Assembly (NCBI GenBank): GCA_036172245.1
Contig: JAYWIR010000014.1
Coordinates: forward strand, 3,100,001 to 3,164,000
Length of the DNA stretch: 64,000 nt
DNA from: Raillietiella orientalis
Lineage: Eukaryota
Reading direction: 5' to 3'
Shown here: positions 13,190 to 25,420 of the stretch, in pieces
How positions within the stretch are numbered: position 1 is the first letter of the stretch
Layout of the letters: every line of letters begins with the position of its first letter
Position numbers and translations under genes: made by a program
The notes under the pieces: model-generated
Databases searched by the model: none
What the model was told of the DNA's origin: nothing
What the model saw: the letters and a program-made list of their open reading frames with translations, nothing else

Positions 13190-13780
13190 GGGGGGGAAGG
13201 AGTAGACTGCTCCCGGCTTCTTGCTGGCAGTAGAATCGGCATTCCGGATCCTTTGTGTGCGAGTTCGGGAACGAAACGGGAAGAGGATGATAGCGGGTCG
13301 CTGACAGGCAACGTTCGCGGCCCGGTTGCCATCGAAGCTCCTTTTCCTGGTAAAAGGAACCCACGAAGAAACGACCATTGTATACCGAAGGAACTGCAGA
13401 CTCCATCGGCGCACGCTGTTTGCTGCCTTTGTCGGGTTCTGCTCTCTGGATCACGGATGTGCATTGCATCCGTTGCTCTTGACGTGGACCCTCCGGCGGC
13501 GAGTAGTCCCCTGTTTGGGCAGCTTCCAGAGTCGTCCTGTGTCAAACGGGGTTCCCCGTAGGTCGTGGTGCCGGTTCCAGCGCCATCGGTCGTGGGCTTT
13601 TCGATGAGTGCGGGAAAGCCGGCAGACCGCAGGTTCGCTCGTCCGTTTCGACCGCGTCTCTTCTTCCGAGCACACACGTCGTGTAGGAGAGGGCCGAGAT
13701 AGCAGCCATGAGGACTGGTATGCCAGGGGCTCTCTCGTTTGAACGGAAATAACATCTGCGGGAGGAAGGAAGGAGGGAGC
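13190..13780 (-). mobile_element. Fossil Penelope-like RT core
   Basis: RFFVGSFYQE/GASMAT with a frameshift (FxFxGxFYxQxxGxxMGS), then PECRFYCQQEAG at the RYVDD position; same strand as the 10420-11440 half. Confidence 0.55.
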
Positions 13781-14279
13781 AGGAGGGAGGAAAGGATGGG
13801 AGCAAGAGAGAGAGACACTTCCGAATGGTTTCCACGTAACAAGAGCCCGCCTGTCACTACGTGCGGTCGGAACCACTCACAAGATCAATCGATGTCTTTC
13901 GAGATCCACGGGAGATAAATGGCAAGAACAACATGGTTACGAAAACAGCATCCCGCACCCGGAGAAGCGGTGTGCAGTGCCGCCGCGCGCGGAGCACTTT
14001 GGAAGCGCCACTACGTTCCAGAGCGCGCGCAAGGAACTCTGAGGGAGGAGGGGGGGAAGAGAAAGAGGGGGGGGGGAGAAAGACGGCCCTTCCAGCCACA
14101 TGCTTCAGGAGTTCGTCTACGCTGCACACGGTCGTTTCCTAATCCTCTCTCCCGAAATCTTGCACGTGAGCGTGCACGCCAGCGCCTTCCTCCCAAGCAG
14201 GGTGGCCGCATCACCGAAGCTCTCCTTGAGCACTGGCTGCGTTTTCCTCTTCAGGGACGAAGAATCATCATCTCCTTGC

Positions 14280-15640
14280 CGACCAGACTGCAAAAGGCTT
14301 CAAGGCCAGAACCTCGGGGATTTCGTCACGTGGGAAGATCGTTTCCCCCCTCCTCCTCCTCCCCCCTTTCCCCCGTGTTTTGCGAAACGGCTAAGAAACG
14401 CACGCGGTTGCTTCGCAACCGGGTTCAACCCCTCGTTCCCAGGCAAAGCGCTGACAGCGTTCGGCTCCGCGAGCGGAACCGCAGGACTTGATGGGGCGCG
14501 TCTTTCCGCTCTCCGTGGGATGCGAGCTTCAGTCTTCGACCCGCCGCCATGGCTTTCCGCGCCGCGCCACTTTGCGCGCTTCCTGCACGACTCAGTGGAA
14601 ACGCTCGTGCGGATCGAGGACGAAAGATGCCCTGTATTTAGGGCAAGTGACTCCTTTCCTCGGGCGGCCCTCCCTGGATCTCAACATTCCAACATACCGG
14701 CCAGCAGGTCCCTCGAGAGAGAAAGGTCCACTGAGGAAGCCGTCGGCATCCTTCAGCGTCCGTGCCTTTTCGGAAGAGTCCCGGAGGCAGTCCTCGAGCC
14801 CTCCCTTGTGTCCCTATTCTTCAACCTCATCTGCACCCCCCCCCCTCCCTTAAACCAAGAAGGTGCTGCTGAAAAGTATCAGGCGTGTTGCTCTCTCCCG
14901 TTTTCCTGGCTCAGCAACGAGACGAAAAGACTCCACAGCTTCCCTACAGACACATCGAGCGACCGTGGTGGGAGGAAGAAAGGACTGGGAACTGCAGGCG
15001 GTGGCTGATTCTGTCGCAGAGGTAGAGGACTAGGAGCCAACCCTGCGATCCAGGAGCAACATGCTGGAGTCTTTGAGGGCTCCCTTCCCTGCCTCCCTCA
15101 TGCTCCGGAAGAGGGTCCGAGGTTTGGTCCCTCTTCGCATGTCGATCGGGGAGTGTTGAGAAATGGCCGGGGCCAACTCGGGTTTGTCGCCTTCCCCTTC
15201 CTCTCCTGTCTCCAGGAAATGGAGGAGCGCCACACGGAAGCTCGCGCGCCGTCAGGAGAAACACAGCGGTAATCCGACTGGAGCGTGCCCGGGATGCGCT
15301 TACTGCTGCCTCATCTCAGATGAGGCAGGTGCTGCCATGAGGCGCTGCCGCACGAGAGAGGAGGCCGCGTCCCGGGAAATCCTTGGACAGAAAGCACCCT
15401 TCCCTTGGAAGAAGAAGAGTGCTGCTCCACACGCCCACTTCCGAGGCTCTTCCGGATGCAGAGGGATCACGCCTGCCTCAGGTCTGCTCTGCTTTCCGGA
15501 GGTTCGTCGATGCCGGAGGCGAAAGGAATTCTAAGCGGCAGTCCGGGAACTGACGCGCAGCGAGAGATTACCACGCCCTGTTATCTCCGGATATCTCTCG
15601 TCGAAACAGATCTTTCCTTGCTGACTTCTCGAACCACCGG
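14280..15640 (+). mobile_element. Fossil CR1-like LINE RT and C-terminus
   Basis: TAFGS (KAFDS), RFLHDSVETLVRI, FPRAALPG (VPQGSxLG), CLFGRV (LFADD), YQACCSLPFSWL, CDPGA (DLGV), AYCCLI, PEVRR. Confidence 0.5.
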
Positions 15641-15989
15641 AGGGAAAATACAACAAAGAGAACAACAACAAAGGAGGGGGGGGGAGTTCATGAACGGAAC
15701 ACGAGCAAGGATCGCCCGTAGATGTGGCTGCTGCATCTGTGAGAGGGTCAATCAAACGGATGACATGGCGGTTTCCGTACTCGCACGTGAGAGGGAAAAA
15801 AGAAGGGGAAAAACTTTCCGTCGGACGTCGGGTGGGCCGTCCTTTCGTCTCTTCCCCCATGGGGACACTCCTTCTTCTCACGGTTGTTCTCCCTTACAGA
15901 CAAAAAAAAAACAGAAAACATAGCGGGGGGGGGGAGGCGATCGGCGGCGCCATTGGCCTGGGATGAGCGGCGACGTTCTTCTCAACCAC

Positions 15990-17200
15990 AACTGTACTGG
16001 AGCGACTGTTCATTGCGTGTACAACAGATACGCCCTCCCACCTTATAAAGTTGAGATCGATGGCAAGTGCGCCATGTCCTCCGTACACATTCAATACACA
16101 TGCAGCAGCTCCCGTGTGAAGGTGCTACGCCGACAATGGTACGTGAGCGAAACACACACACAGCTGATGCTGCTACATAAATGGATTACCAGATGCTCGC
16201 CAGCAGCTACGCGTAGGGCTCCGGTGGCTGCACCCCTGGGGCCCTACACGACATAACTGGGGGTTTTCGAGGTGCCTGACGCGTGCTGCCACCACACGAA
16301 AAAAAAAAAAGCAAATCGGATCCGTGCGGAAACCTCGTCCGCGCAGCCGCGCAACACAGAAATGCGCGAGCGTGCACCACCATTCGAGGCGCGCGCGCGC
16401 GACCGCGCACGAAGCGAACGGACTGCTCATTTTCGAGGTCGTGTGGTCACCGCGAAGGATCCAGGATCTCGCCGGCCCAGCGAGACCACCACGTGCTGCG
16501 CTCCGACTTGCTGCCGCTGCGGATCGCCGGGTAACTGACACTGCACAGATTTTCGCGCGGCACTCTCTGCAAGAGCCAGTTGGAAGATTCGCTCGCGTCC
16601 AGACCAGCAGATGCACGGATCATGTTGAACTGCGAGGCATGCAGATGAAGCTCTGGGCACCTCCCAAACGAGCCTCCTCGCAGCGATTCTGTTCCGCGTC
16701 TTGACCGAGGTGCACGCGCGGGATGAATCCGTCCGCGTCAGCGTTCGTCGGGCGCTTTTCCCTTTGAGGAGGCGTGCGTGTTCCCCCCCGATGCTCGTGT
16801 GCATCTCGCGCATTCCCTGCATCTTCCACGCGAGCGTCTACCTCTCTCTCTCTTCGGCAGCATGGAGAACAGATCTGTTCCGAAGCTTGCCAGGGCTCCT
16901 CTTTACCATGAAGCCACCCCGAGAGCCGCGTCGGTGAGGAGCGCTTGCTGGCCCGGCGGTTCTCCTTCGCCGCTCTTCCGCCGTCAGCGCCGTAAGGCTT
17001 GAGCGGGCAGACCTGGAATGCCCCTCCTGAGGAGCCTGGAGGCGACCGGGTCGTCTCTCCGAAGAGGACTGTAGCAGGGCTGCCGCTGGTTCCCGCGTGT
17101 CCGGTGTGTGGTGCGACGCAGCTGCGTTCGGCCCCCCCGCATGCAATCTTCGGCAGTATATCACGGATGCCTTCGGGCGTTTCGTTAGCTCTGCACGGGA
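15990..17200 (+). mobile_element. Fossil LINE linker and RT
   Basis: KVLRRQW, DLAGPARP, GRFARVQTSRCTDHV (GFRxxRSCTDH), DESV..LRRRACSPPMLVCI, TDLFRSLPGL, TVAGLPLV. Confidence 0.5.
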
Positions 17201-17769
17201 CTTCGCGATTTCCGGCGCGTCTCCTCACCTTCCACGCTCCGTTCATTGTTGCGCGCTCGCCAGCCAGGCCACGCCTTTGTTGTTTTCGGCTTCCGCCATC
17301 GCGGTGTTATGAGCGGCTCCATTTTGCAGCTCACCCTGCCCCATTGTTGCGCACCCCTCGCCCGCCCCTGCCGAGAGCTATTTTCGTCTTCCTCTTCCAT
17401 TGTTGGGAGCTCTTGGCTACGTCACCGCCAGCTATTTTCAGTCCCATCTACCCCTTGAGCTACACGTTTACGATGCACTTAAAATTACATCTCCCATTCG
17501 GCAGCAGCATGGCTGTTTACAAATTGCATCCGTGGATCTGTTTTTCCGCTGGAACCGGAGGGATTTCTCCTATTGCCTTTATCTGGCTTTGCAGCTAAAC
17601 CATAGCGGTGTGATTTAGGGAGGCTGCGGTGCCGTGATTTGGTTATCCAATTTGCGTCACCGCCATTCTTGCCTAGCGAAGAAGTCAACTAGAAACGCGG
17701 AATGCGTCCTTTCGTGTGCGCTTGCCCCCCCCCTCCCCCCCTCTCCCTCAATCACAGCGCGCGGTGGAG

Positions 17770-20130
17770 CTCCATGGCGAAGCCACCTGGCTTTCACGGA
17801 GACAGGTTTTCCCCAGCATCCGGACAGGGGGTCCTCTCCGTCTCCCAGCAGCGGATCGCGGACGAGATTCCACTTTGCCACGGCGGTCGCTCTGGCTCGT
17901 TCCGCCCCGCGCCCGGGTTCGCGCTGACCACTCGTCGTGGCAACGGGCGGCATCCGTCCGTCAGGGGTCTCCCAGGAGGCCTCCGCTCTCCAGATAATCC
18001 GGACCTCGCCACCCTTTCCGGGAGACTCCCGGGCAAGCGACGAGAGGGTCCCCCGATCGAGGAGCCCAACGTTTTTCCCAGAGGGATCCCTTCCTGCTGC
18101 CGCCTCCCTCTCCGGGGTTTTTCTTTCCTCCCGTTCCGAACCTCCCAGAAGCACCTCGCGCCCCGGGTGACGGTCTCCCCCAGGGACTCCGGCGGCGAGG
18201 CTGCCGCTCCGCCGCCGTCTCTCTGGCGGGCGATGACAAAGACGAAGGAGCGGCAGTCCGCGAGGGGGCGCTCCGCTAGGAAGACGGCGAGCGCGCGAGC
18301 GGCACGGAGCGGCGTGATGGATGGGACGTCCCGCGAGGCTCCAGCGCCCCGAAAACCTCCCTCCTTCACCCTCCTCTCGCTCCTCCTCCTCCTCCTCCTC
18401 CTCCTCCTCCCTTCCAGCGCTCAGCGCGCATCCGAGGGGACCATTCAATCCGAGCAGAACAAATGACCCCGCCGCGAAAGCCTGCGGCGGCGAGCTGACG
18501 GCGGCTACGGCGGCGGCGGCGTAGGGGATGGGCGGGGCACCTGCCAAAAGGCAGGCGGTGGATCACGAAGAGCACGCGGGGCGAGGAGCAAAGGAAGCGG
18601 GAAGAAAGGTCGCGCGCGCTCTTTACGGCGCGGCTTTCTGCCCCGTCAGTTCCTACCGAGGCTCTCTCCAGCGGGGGCACTTTCCGGAAGCGGGAAAGGG
18701 GCTCTGTCCCTCCCCCCCCCGCCAACCAGCCTCCCCCTCTGCTCCGTCCGGGGTGGATCGCTGGTCCGCGGGCGCGCTTTTGCCCGTGGCGCAGGCCGCC
18801 AAGGTGCAGGTCACCCTCCAGGAAGACGCAAAGGAGGAGGTCCGAGGGTGACGGGAATGGAGTAGGGAAAAGAGAGGGAAAGGGAGAGGGGGACGGGGTG
18901 GGGCCGCGAGTTGGCCTCTTCCCTCCAACGTGTTGCAGGGAGCCAGGAGGACCGCCTTCTAGAGGGCAGCACACGCTCTTCGAGGGGCCCGCCACTTTTC
19001 CCTGGTTCCCTCCCTCCTCACCCCCTCCCTTTCCTGTTCAACACGGGGAGACGGACGAGAGTCTTGGGAGAGCTCCCGGGGGCGCGGGAGAGAGGAGGGT
19101 GTTTCTAACGTTCCCCCCGGAGGGGAGGGGTAGGAAGGGAGAGGCGGCGTCGCACCGGGAAGAGCGGGAGACCGATCCAGAGATGCGCCCCTGCTCGTGA
19201 GAAGGAGGAGCAGCTGGAAACGGGCTATGAGGCGACCTGCCCCTCCCCGTCCCTACGATCCGCTCAAGGTGCGCCGTTCGCATCAAGGGGGAAGGGGGCG
19301 TTTCCTCCTCCCCCTACGGTCGAGTATGGCTCGTCCTGTCCTGCCCCTCCCCCCTCGAACCGACCGTTACTCTATGGACAGGTGGGCGAAGGCCTTACCC
19401 TGGGGCCCACGGGGAAAAAGCTTTCCAGAATGGGAACTCGTCCGGGAAGCCCTCCCTTGTCCCCCTCCCCGTAGTCAGCCGGAGAGGACGCCCTGACTGA
19501 GGGGCCCTACCCGGCAAGGGGAAGTAGGGGCAAGGGGAGGGGAGGCTCCCCGGAAAGGAAGGCTCTTCTCCCATGCTCCATAGCTCTTAGGCCTGCTCGA
19601 AGCATCGAGAGAAGAATGGGTCCGGTGGAAGCTGCGCCCCTTCCCGTCTTCTGCTGTTACAACCCTTCCCTCCCGTTCTCCGCTTGCATCCCGCTTCCTT
19701 GGCAATCGTGGCGGCGGGAGGGAGGGTCGAACGAAGAAGCGATTTCAGTCAGGGAAATAAGAGAAGAGGCAAATTGGGCGACGTCCTCTCCTCTCCGCCC
19801 TGATTCCCTTCCTTCTTCGCCGTTGCCGAGGAGACAGGCAGCGTTGTTTTTCTATCCCGGAAAACTATCCTCTCCCTTGCATGTGTGTATGCACGCGGAA
19901 GGATAGCTTGGCGGAAGTGGGATAGAGTCGCCGCGGCCGTCGTTCCGGCACCGTTCCCGGAGGTTCCTTCCTTCTCCGGTGGCGGCGGCGCTGACGTCAG
20001 TCGTGGAGTGCTCCGTGAGGCGAGGCGGCGACGGCTTCGGCTGTACCCGACCAGAGTCATCCAGTTCCAATGGACGCCCTCCATCGTGCTTCATACCCAA
20101 TCAAAGCTGGTAGCTCAAATCAGAACTGTT
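17770..20130 (+). mobile_element. Fossil I/R1-group LINE (RT, C-terminal region, RNase H)
   Basis: ETGFP, SGVSQE (SGVPQG), ARALYGAAFCPVSSY (LYxAxxxPxLxY), ALLPVAQ, VIQFQWTPSIVLHTQSKLVA (FQWIPSHxGIxGNELAD). Confidence 0.5.
18381..18410. repeat. (TCC)10 microsatellite
   Basis: Direct read. Confidence 0.95.
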
Positions 20131-21369
20131 ACGCTCCTGTGATTCGTCGGTTCTGCTGCGTGCCTGTTTTCCCACCCGCACGCACTCGTGTTCTGGATCG
20201 GATCGGGGCGGAAAAGAAAAAAAAAAGAAGAGAAAACATATAGGGGAGAGGGAGGGGGGGGGAGAGGAGGAGGGAACAAACGCGCACGCATGCACACGCA
20301 CACGCTAGGGAGGAAAACAAAAAAAAGAAAGGAAGAAAGAAAGAAAAGGGGGGGGGGGGGGAGGAGAAGGAAGAAAAAAGGGAAGAAAGGAGGAAAGTTG
20401 TTTCCGGGTTCGGGGAACCTCAGGGAGAGGCGGCGGCGGCGGCGACGGGAACGAGGCAGACTCGTGCGCCCGCGCTGGCGCTCTCTTCCAGCCGGCAGCT
20501 GCGGAAAGAGCGCAAAGGGGGGAGCTCCCCGCGTCTCGATCCCTCCTTCTCCCTTCGCCCTCTCTCCTCCCGCCCTCCGCCGCCGCCGCCACCGCTGCCG
20601 CATGTTCCTCCTGCCTTTCCTTCTCCTCCCTCCATTCCCCCCATCCTCGCCTCCCGTTCTCTCGCAGGCAGGCGGCGGCGAAGCGTCCCGCGAGCGCTCC
20701 ACGGGAACTGCAGCAGCGTCTCCTCCTCCCCTCCCCTTCCAGTCTTCTTCCCCCTCCCCTCCCCCCTCAACTGCTTAAATATGCCGGGAATCGCGCGAGG
20801 CAGCTGCGAAACATCCCGAAATTAATTTCCCTGTTGACTGCCGGGGATTCCCGAAATCGCAACCTTTAATCATGGGCGAAGAAGAGGGACGAGGCAGCGG
20901 AAGAGGGGAGAAGGTAACTCCCTCCCTCACCCCTCACTCACCTCCTGGTCTCCTCCTTCGCTTCCCCCCCCCCGCCTCCCCTCCTCCGCGGGCGAGCCGG
21001 GCTTGGGGATGGGGAAACTCCTCAGCTCTCCCCACACCGACCCGCAAGTGGGAGGGAGGAAACTTCCTGTGTGGGTTGGGGAGGGGGGATCGAGTGGTCC
21101 TTCCCGCCGGACACCGATCCTCCCCCTCAACTGCTCACCCGAGGCGCCGGGATCCCTTTTCCTGATGCCCTTTCGGGGGAGGGGTGACGCCGTGCTTCCG
21201 CAGCCACGGTGGAGCCTACGAGTGGGATCCCTCCCCTCACAGCCCACCCGCACCGCTCGTGGTAGCGCGACGGGACGTCGGGAGATTAAAGGGGGGGGGC
21301 AGGGGGGGAGACAACCAGCGAGACGAGGGTCCGCCGTTCTGGAGGCTCCTTCGAGCGTACCGAAGGCGG

Positions 21370-22800
21370 GGTTGCCCTTCGCCGCCCCGGCTTCTGAAGA
21401 CTTCCCGGTGCGTCTCCCGCGTCTCCACCCCAGGGGTCGCGAGAGAAGGGTGGTGTCGGGGATTTTCGCCTTCCTTTTCTCCCGCCTTCGGAATCGCCCC
21501 CAAAAGCCCGTTTCCCAGCGTTGCGGCGCTTCGTGGGAGGGGACACGGACCCACAAGAGGGAGCGGCAGGGATCTGGAGCTTACGGCGAGCACCGAGGTC
21601 AGCGAGGTGGTTCCCTATTTCTGACCGCGCTCCGTCCTACTCCCACCCCCATAGCCTCAGCTGGCTCGCCTGCCTCCTCGACTGGGTGCGGTGACTCCTC
21701 CCAAGGGTCCTGGAGACTACTGGACGAGGGATGCCCGCTCCTCCTGGGATCCGTCTGCTGAACAGTCATGGCAACAATAAGTACCCTCTCTCCTCTCGGA
21801 CCGCCCCCTTCCGCCCTCGAGGACTCTCTAGGTGCTTTCCGCGGAGATGGAGGGCCGAAAGGTCAAGGGCTCCCCTCTGGCCCTGGAGGAGTCTGCGTTC
21901 AAGAAGAAGCAGGAAGGTTCCCCGGACCCCACTTTGAGTGCCTTTACAGGAGACCGGGGAGGGGAGTGGGAAAGGGGAAAGCCGGGACTCGCGGAGCGCC
22001 TTGGAGCGCGAGAGGGGGGCGAGAAGGCGTCCCCCTTCCCCCCATCCCCTTCCCGACCGCAAGAGGACGCCCTGCCCCGTCTTCCTACTGGTCAGCCGGC
22101 TCCCAGCCGAAGAGGCTGCCTCCCCCCCTGCAGCACTGACGGCGGGAGTGCGAGCGAAGGTCGGTCCCGGGGGAAGCTGGACGCCCCTCCCAGCCATCAC
22201 TGCCGTCTCAGAGGGACGGGAGGACATCGGGAGCCCCCTATTCCCCCTTCGAACGAGCCTTACGTGGAGCATCAGGAAGGAAAATAGGAGGATCCACTGC
22301 CTCCCGGCAGGAGAACGGAAAGACTCTTTTCCGGGGAGAGCTCCGGAGAGGGGGATGGTGCGGAGCAGGGGCGCCTCGTTTGTGCCGAGTTGGCGATGGG
22401 GCCGCCGTTCCGCACGCGTCCCGACTTCCTCTCCCTATTCCTCCCCTCCTCCACTCCTATTACCGCTCTCCTTCGACTCTCTTCTTCGAGTCGATTACGG
22501 GTGGTCTTGGGGAAGGCACGGGGAGCGTTTCTCGCTCCGACGCTCTGGAGTCCGGGAGGCGGGAAGCTCCGCCAGGCAGGGACAGGGACGGTGTAGTCCG
22601 GGAAGAGGGAGACCAGCGGGGAACTCCCAAGGAAGAAGGGGATGAGAAGCACCACCGGAGAAGAGGGGACAGGTGGTCGCCTGCCCTGCGTGACGGGGAA
22701 AAGGGCGATCGCGGGGAGGGACGGCGCTCGCAGCCGCTGTGTCTGGACTGGGGCAGACGGGCTGTACTTCGGGAAGGGGGAGGGGATGAATCTCGGAAGA
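21370..22800 (+). mobile_element. Fossil LINE RT (RTE/RTEX-like)
   Basis: FAFLFSR, HKRE..AYG, ALTAGVRAKVGPGGSWTPLPAITAVSEGREDIGSPLF (GVxQGxxLSPxLF), RIHCLPAGE, WSWGRH. Confidence 0.6.
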
Positions 22801-23289
22801 GGGAAGACGCGGAAGTTCGTGGGCTAAGTGACTAAGCAGACGTCCTGCCGGGGGAGGAAATCAGGGTGGGGTGCGCGACATCCGCCGCGAAGATCACGCG
22901 GGCGAAGGGAAGGCAAGAGGACGGGGGAGTCATGAGCTGGCGGTCGCGGACCGAGCTGCGAAGGGAGCAGCGGAGACGAGGAATGAGGAGACGGAAAGGA
23001 ACAAAGGGAGCAGGGGGAGAGAAATGCCGAGCACCCAGACGTGCCTTCCGGAGCGCCCCACAAACGAAGGAGCGAGTGGGGTCGGCAGAGATGGTTCGGG
23101 AGGAGGCCATGGTCGCTACCGAGGTGCTCCTCCTCTTCTAGGAAAAAAAAAAGGGAGGGAGAAGAGGGGGAGGAAATAAGAAAGGGGTAAGCCTCAACGG
23201 CGCACGAGGTCCCGTTCTGCCCCGGAGGGTGCAGCGAAAGGGCAGAAGGGACTCTTCCTCCTCATCTCCACTGCCGAGGGGAGATGACG

Positions 23290-25040
23290 GCTCCTCCCAC
23301 TCTTTCGGCGACCGCAGTAGTACCAGCAGCGTGTTTCTTTGCTTCCTTCTTTCCTCCGCTTCCCACGGGGCCGCCACTCCCTCTCCCCGACTGCTCGCTC
23401 GACCGACAGCTAGCGGAGCGCTTGGGATGGCTGGGTGAAACGGGGGTGGCGATGGATCGCAGCGGCCGGCGGGAGACGTCCACCCGCGCTGCACTCCACG
23501 GAAGTCTCTTCTCGATTTAGTGTGGACAGCAGCAGCAGCAGCACAGAGGCGAAGAGCGCGTGAGGGGAGGAAGAGGGGGAGGGGGAGCAGACAGAGAGAG
23601 CGGGTGGACACGCGCGCGCACGCGCTCAGCAGCCTGCACCTCGCGCTCGCTGCTGAGAACAAAGGACGGGGCGTGAGTCCCCTTGGACTGCGCCCTCTCC
23701 GCGTCGGAGCAGGAGCTCAGCTTCCGGAATGCGTGCGCATCTCCAGCGGGCGTGCGGGCGTGCGGGAGGGTGGAACAAGGGGGAACAGGTGGGGAGGGGG
23801 GGAGGAAGGCGGAGTGGAGCTCCGCCTTTCGCCCGCATCGAAGATCTCCACACGCGTTCGGTCTCCAGAGAGAGAGGCAAAATACGGGGTGTGGATCGGG
23901 GGTGAGGGCGAGAAAATCCCTCTGCTCTCGAACCCCGTCGCACACGGACCCCGCTTTCCCAGACGAACAGTCTCTGCTGGCAGAGAATGCTCGGAGCACG
24001 CGACAAGCACGCACGCGTGCGTGCGCGCGTCAGAGCACGTGCACCAGCCGCAGACGGGGGGTTCCGCGCGTGCAGCTGTCCCTCCCCCCCCCCTTTCCTC
24101 CCTCCCGTCCCAGTCTGCTGGATGCTTCTCTCCCTTCTTCTTCGAAAGGGCTGCGGGATCGACGAACTCGTTCCCGCGGAAGCGATGCTTTTTTGGGGGG
24201 TGAAGGGACTGTCCGTGCGGCTGCCGCTTGCACGCACTTGACCTTTCCACATCGTGGCAGAGGTCCCAGAGTGGAGACGGTGAGGGATGAGGGAGGGTAA
24301 CCGTTCACCCACGCTGCTGCTGACTGCTCTCCAGAGCAACTCCTCTGTCGGCTTTCGTTGCCCATTCCTCCAGACTCCTCGAGGGAGAGCCTGTTTTCCT
24401 TCCTCTCCTCTCCCTCCTCCACTCTGGCTCGGCGTCGTTCGGAGAGCTTCCTCCTCCAAGGAAACCGCCCCTCCTTTCAAAGGGCCTGGAGGCGCCTCGA
24501 TCGCCGTGCCAAGTCAGGAATTCCGCGTATCGGCTCACCTCTCCCAGGTCGGAGGGTGAAAATTCCATCCCCCCCCCCCTTTTCCTCTTCATCTGTCTGC
24601 GCTGCCTCTCCCCCCCCCCCTCGTCCGAAGCGGCTCTCCTCTCTCCCTCCTGGGCCTTGTTTACAGCGAGATTCAAACGCGCCAATCAGCGCTGCTCTGG
24701 CAGCATCCGCGAACGCAGATAAATAATCCCTGAGGAGAAGTCGCACTGGAAGTTGTTGGGGAAACGGAAAAGGAAAGCAAAGACGAGGAAGGGAGGCAGA
24801 AAGAAGGCAGAGTCTTCGAGGAGGCAACGTGTTTGCAGCCTCCCGTCTGTGCTTCCATCTTCCGGAGATCATAAATGGCCGCAGCGCACACTGCGTACTC
24901 GACAAGGATCGGGAAGCACGTGGACCTTGCTTCCGTCAAGGGCTTTCTGGAGGGTGGCAAAAGGAAGGTGGGAGAAGGGATGCACGTTCCCAGCATCTTC
25001 TTGCCTTCGGAGTGGCCGCCGTTACATCCCTCCTCTTCCT
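23290..25040 (-). mobile_element. Fossil RTE-like LINE RT and thumb
   Basis: GRWK, EELLWRAV..LIPHRLHSGTSAT..PFTPQKS, FRKLSS (FKYLGS), TKSRRDFRGV, LLRSPKEWEE. Confidence 0.6.
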
Positions 25041-25387
25041 CCTTCCCCACCGCCGAAAGATCCTCTGGGGTTCCGCCAAGAACATTCCCGAGGTTCTTCC
25101 AGCAGCGGCGGCGGCGAAGCAGCCCACGGAGATTTGAGGCAGCTGGGACCTGAGAGATGGTGGGACACTGCCTGCCTCACCAGCCACTCCGACCCCGTCC
25201 CGCCGGATCTGGCCGGCGGCGGAGGTTCGATCGACCGCGAGAGCCCGCCACTGGATCTCATCGTCTGCTCTCCCAGCAGAGCGAACCAGGGTCTCGGGCA
25301 CGAGCGAGCAGCCCACCCCTACCCTTTCCCCATCACCCCTTCCGTCCCCCGACCCTCTTCGCTCGCCATCCTTTCAGGATGAGACGT

Positions 25388-25420
25388 TCGCTTCTCGGCC
25401 TTTTGGCTAAGATCAAAGTG
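25388..25420 (+). pseudogene. U2: 5' fragment of U2 snRNA (about nt 2-34)
   Basis: TCGCTTCTCGGCCTTTTGGCTAAGATCAAAGTG matches the conserved U2 5' end; flanked by GAGACGT at 25381-25387 and 25421-25427; rest of U2 absent. Confidence 0.92.

Noticed and set aside
11728..13414. Long ORFs of 294-540 aa (also 25576-26958, 50502-51812, 53880-55076) as host genes
   Set aside because: Overlapping in several frames, Arg/Pro/Gly/Ser low complexity, no host domain; explained by GC content or TE fossils
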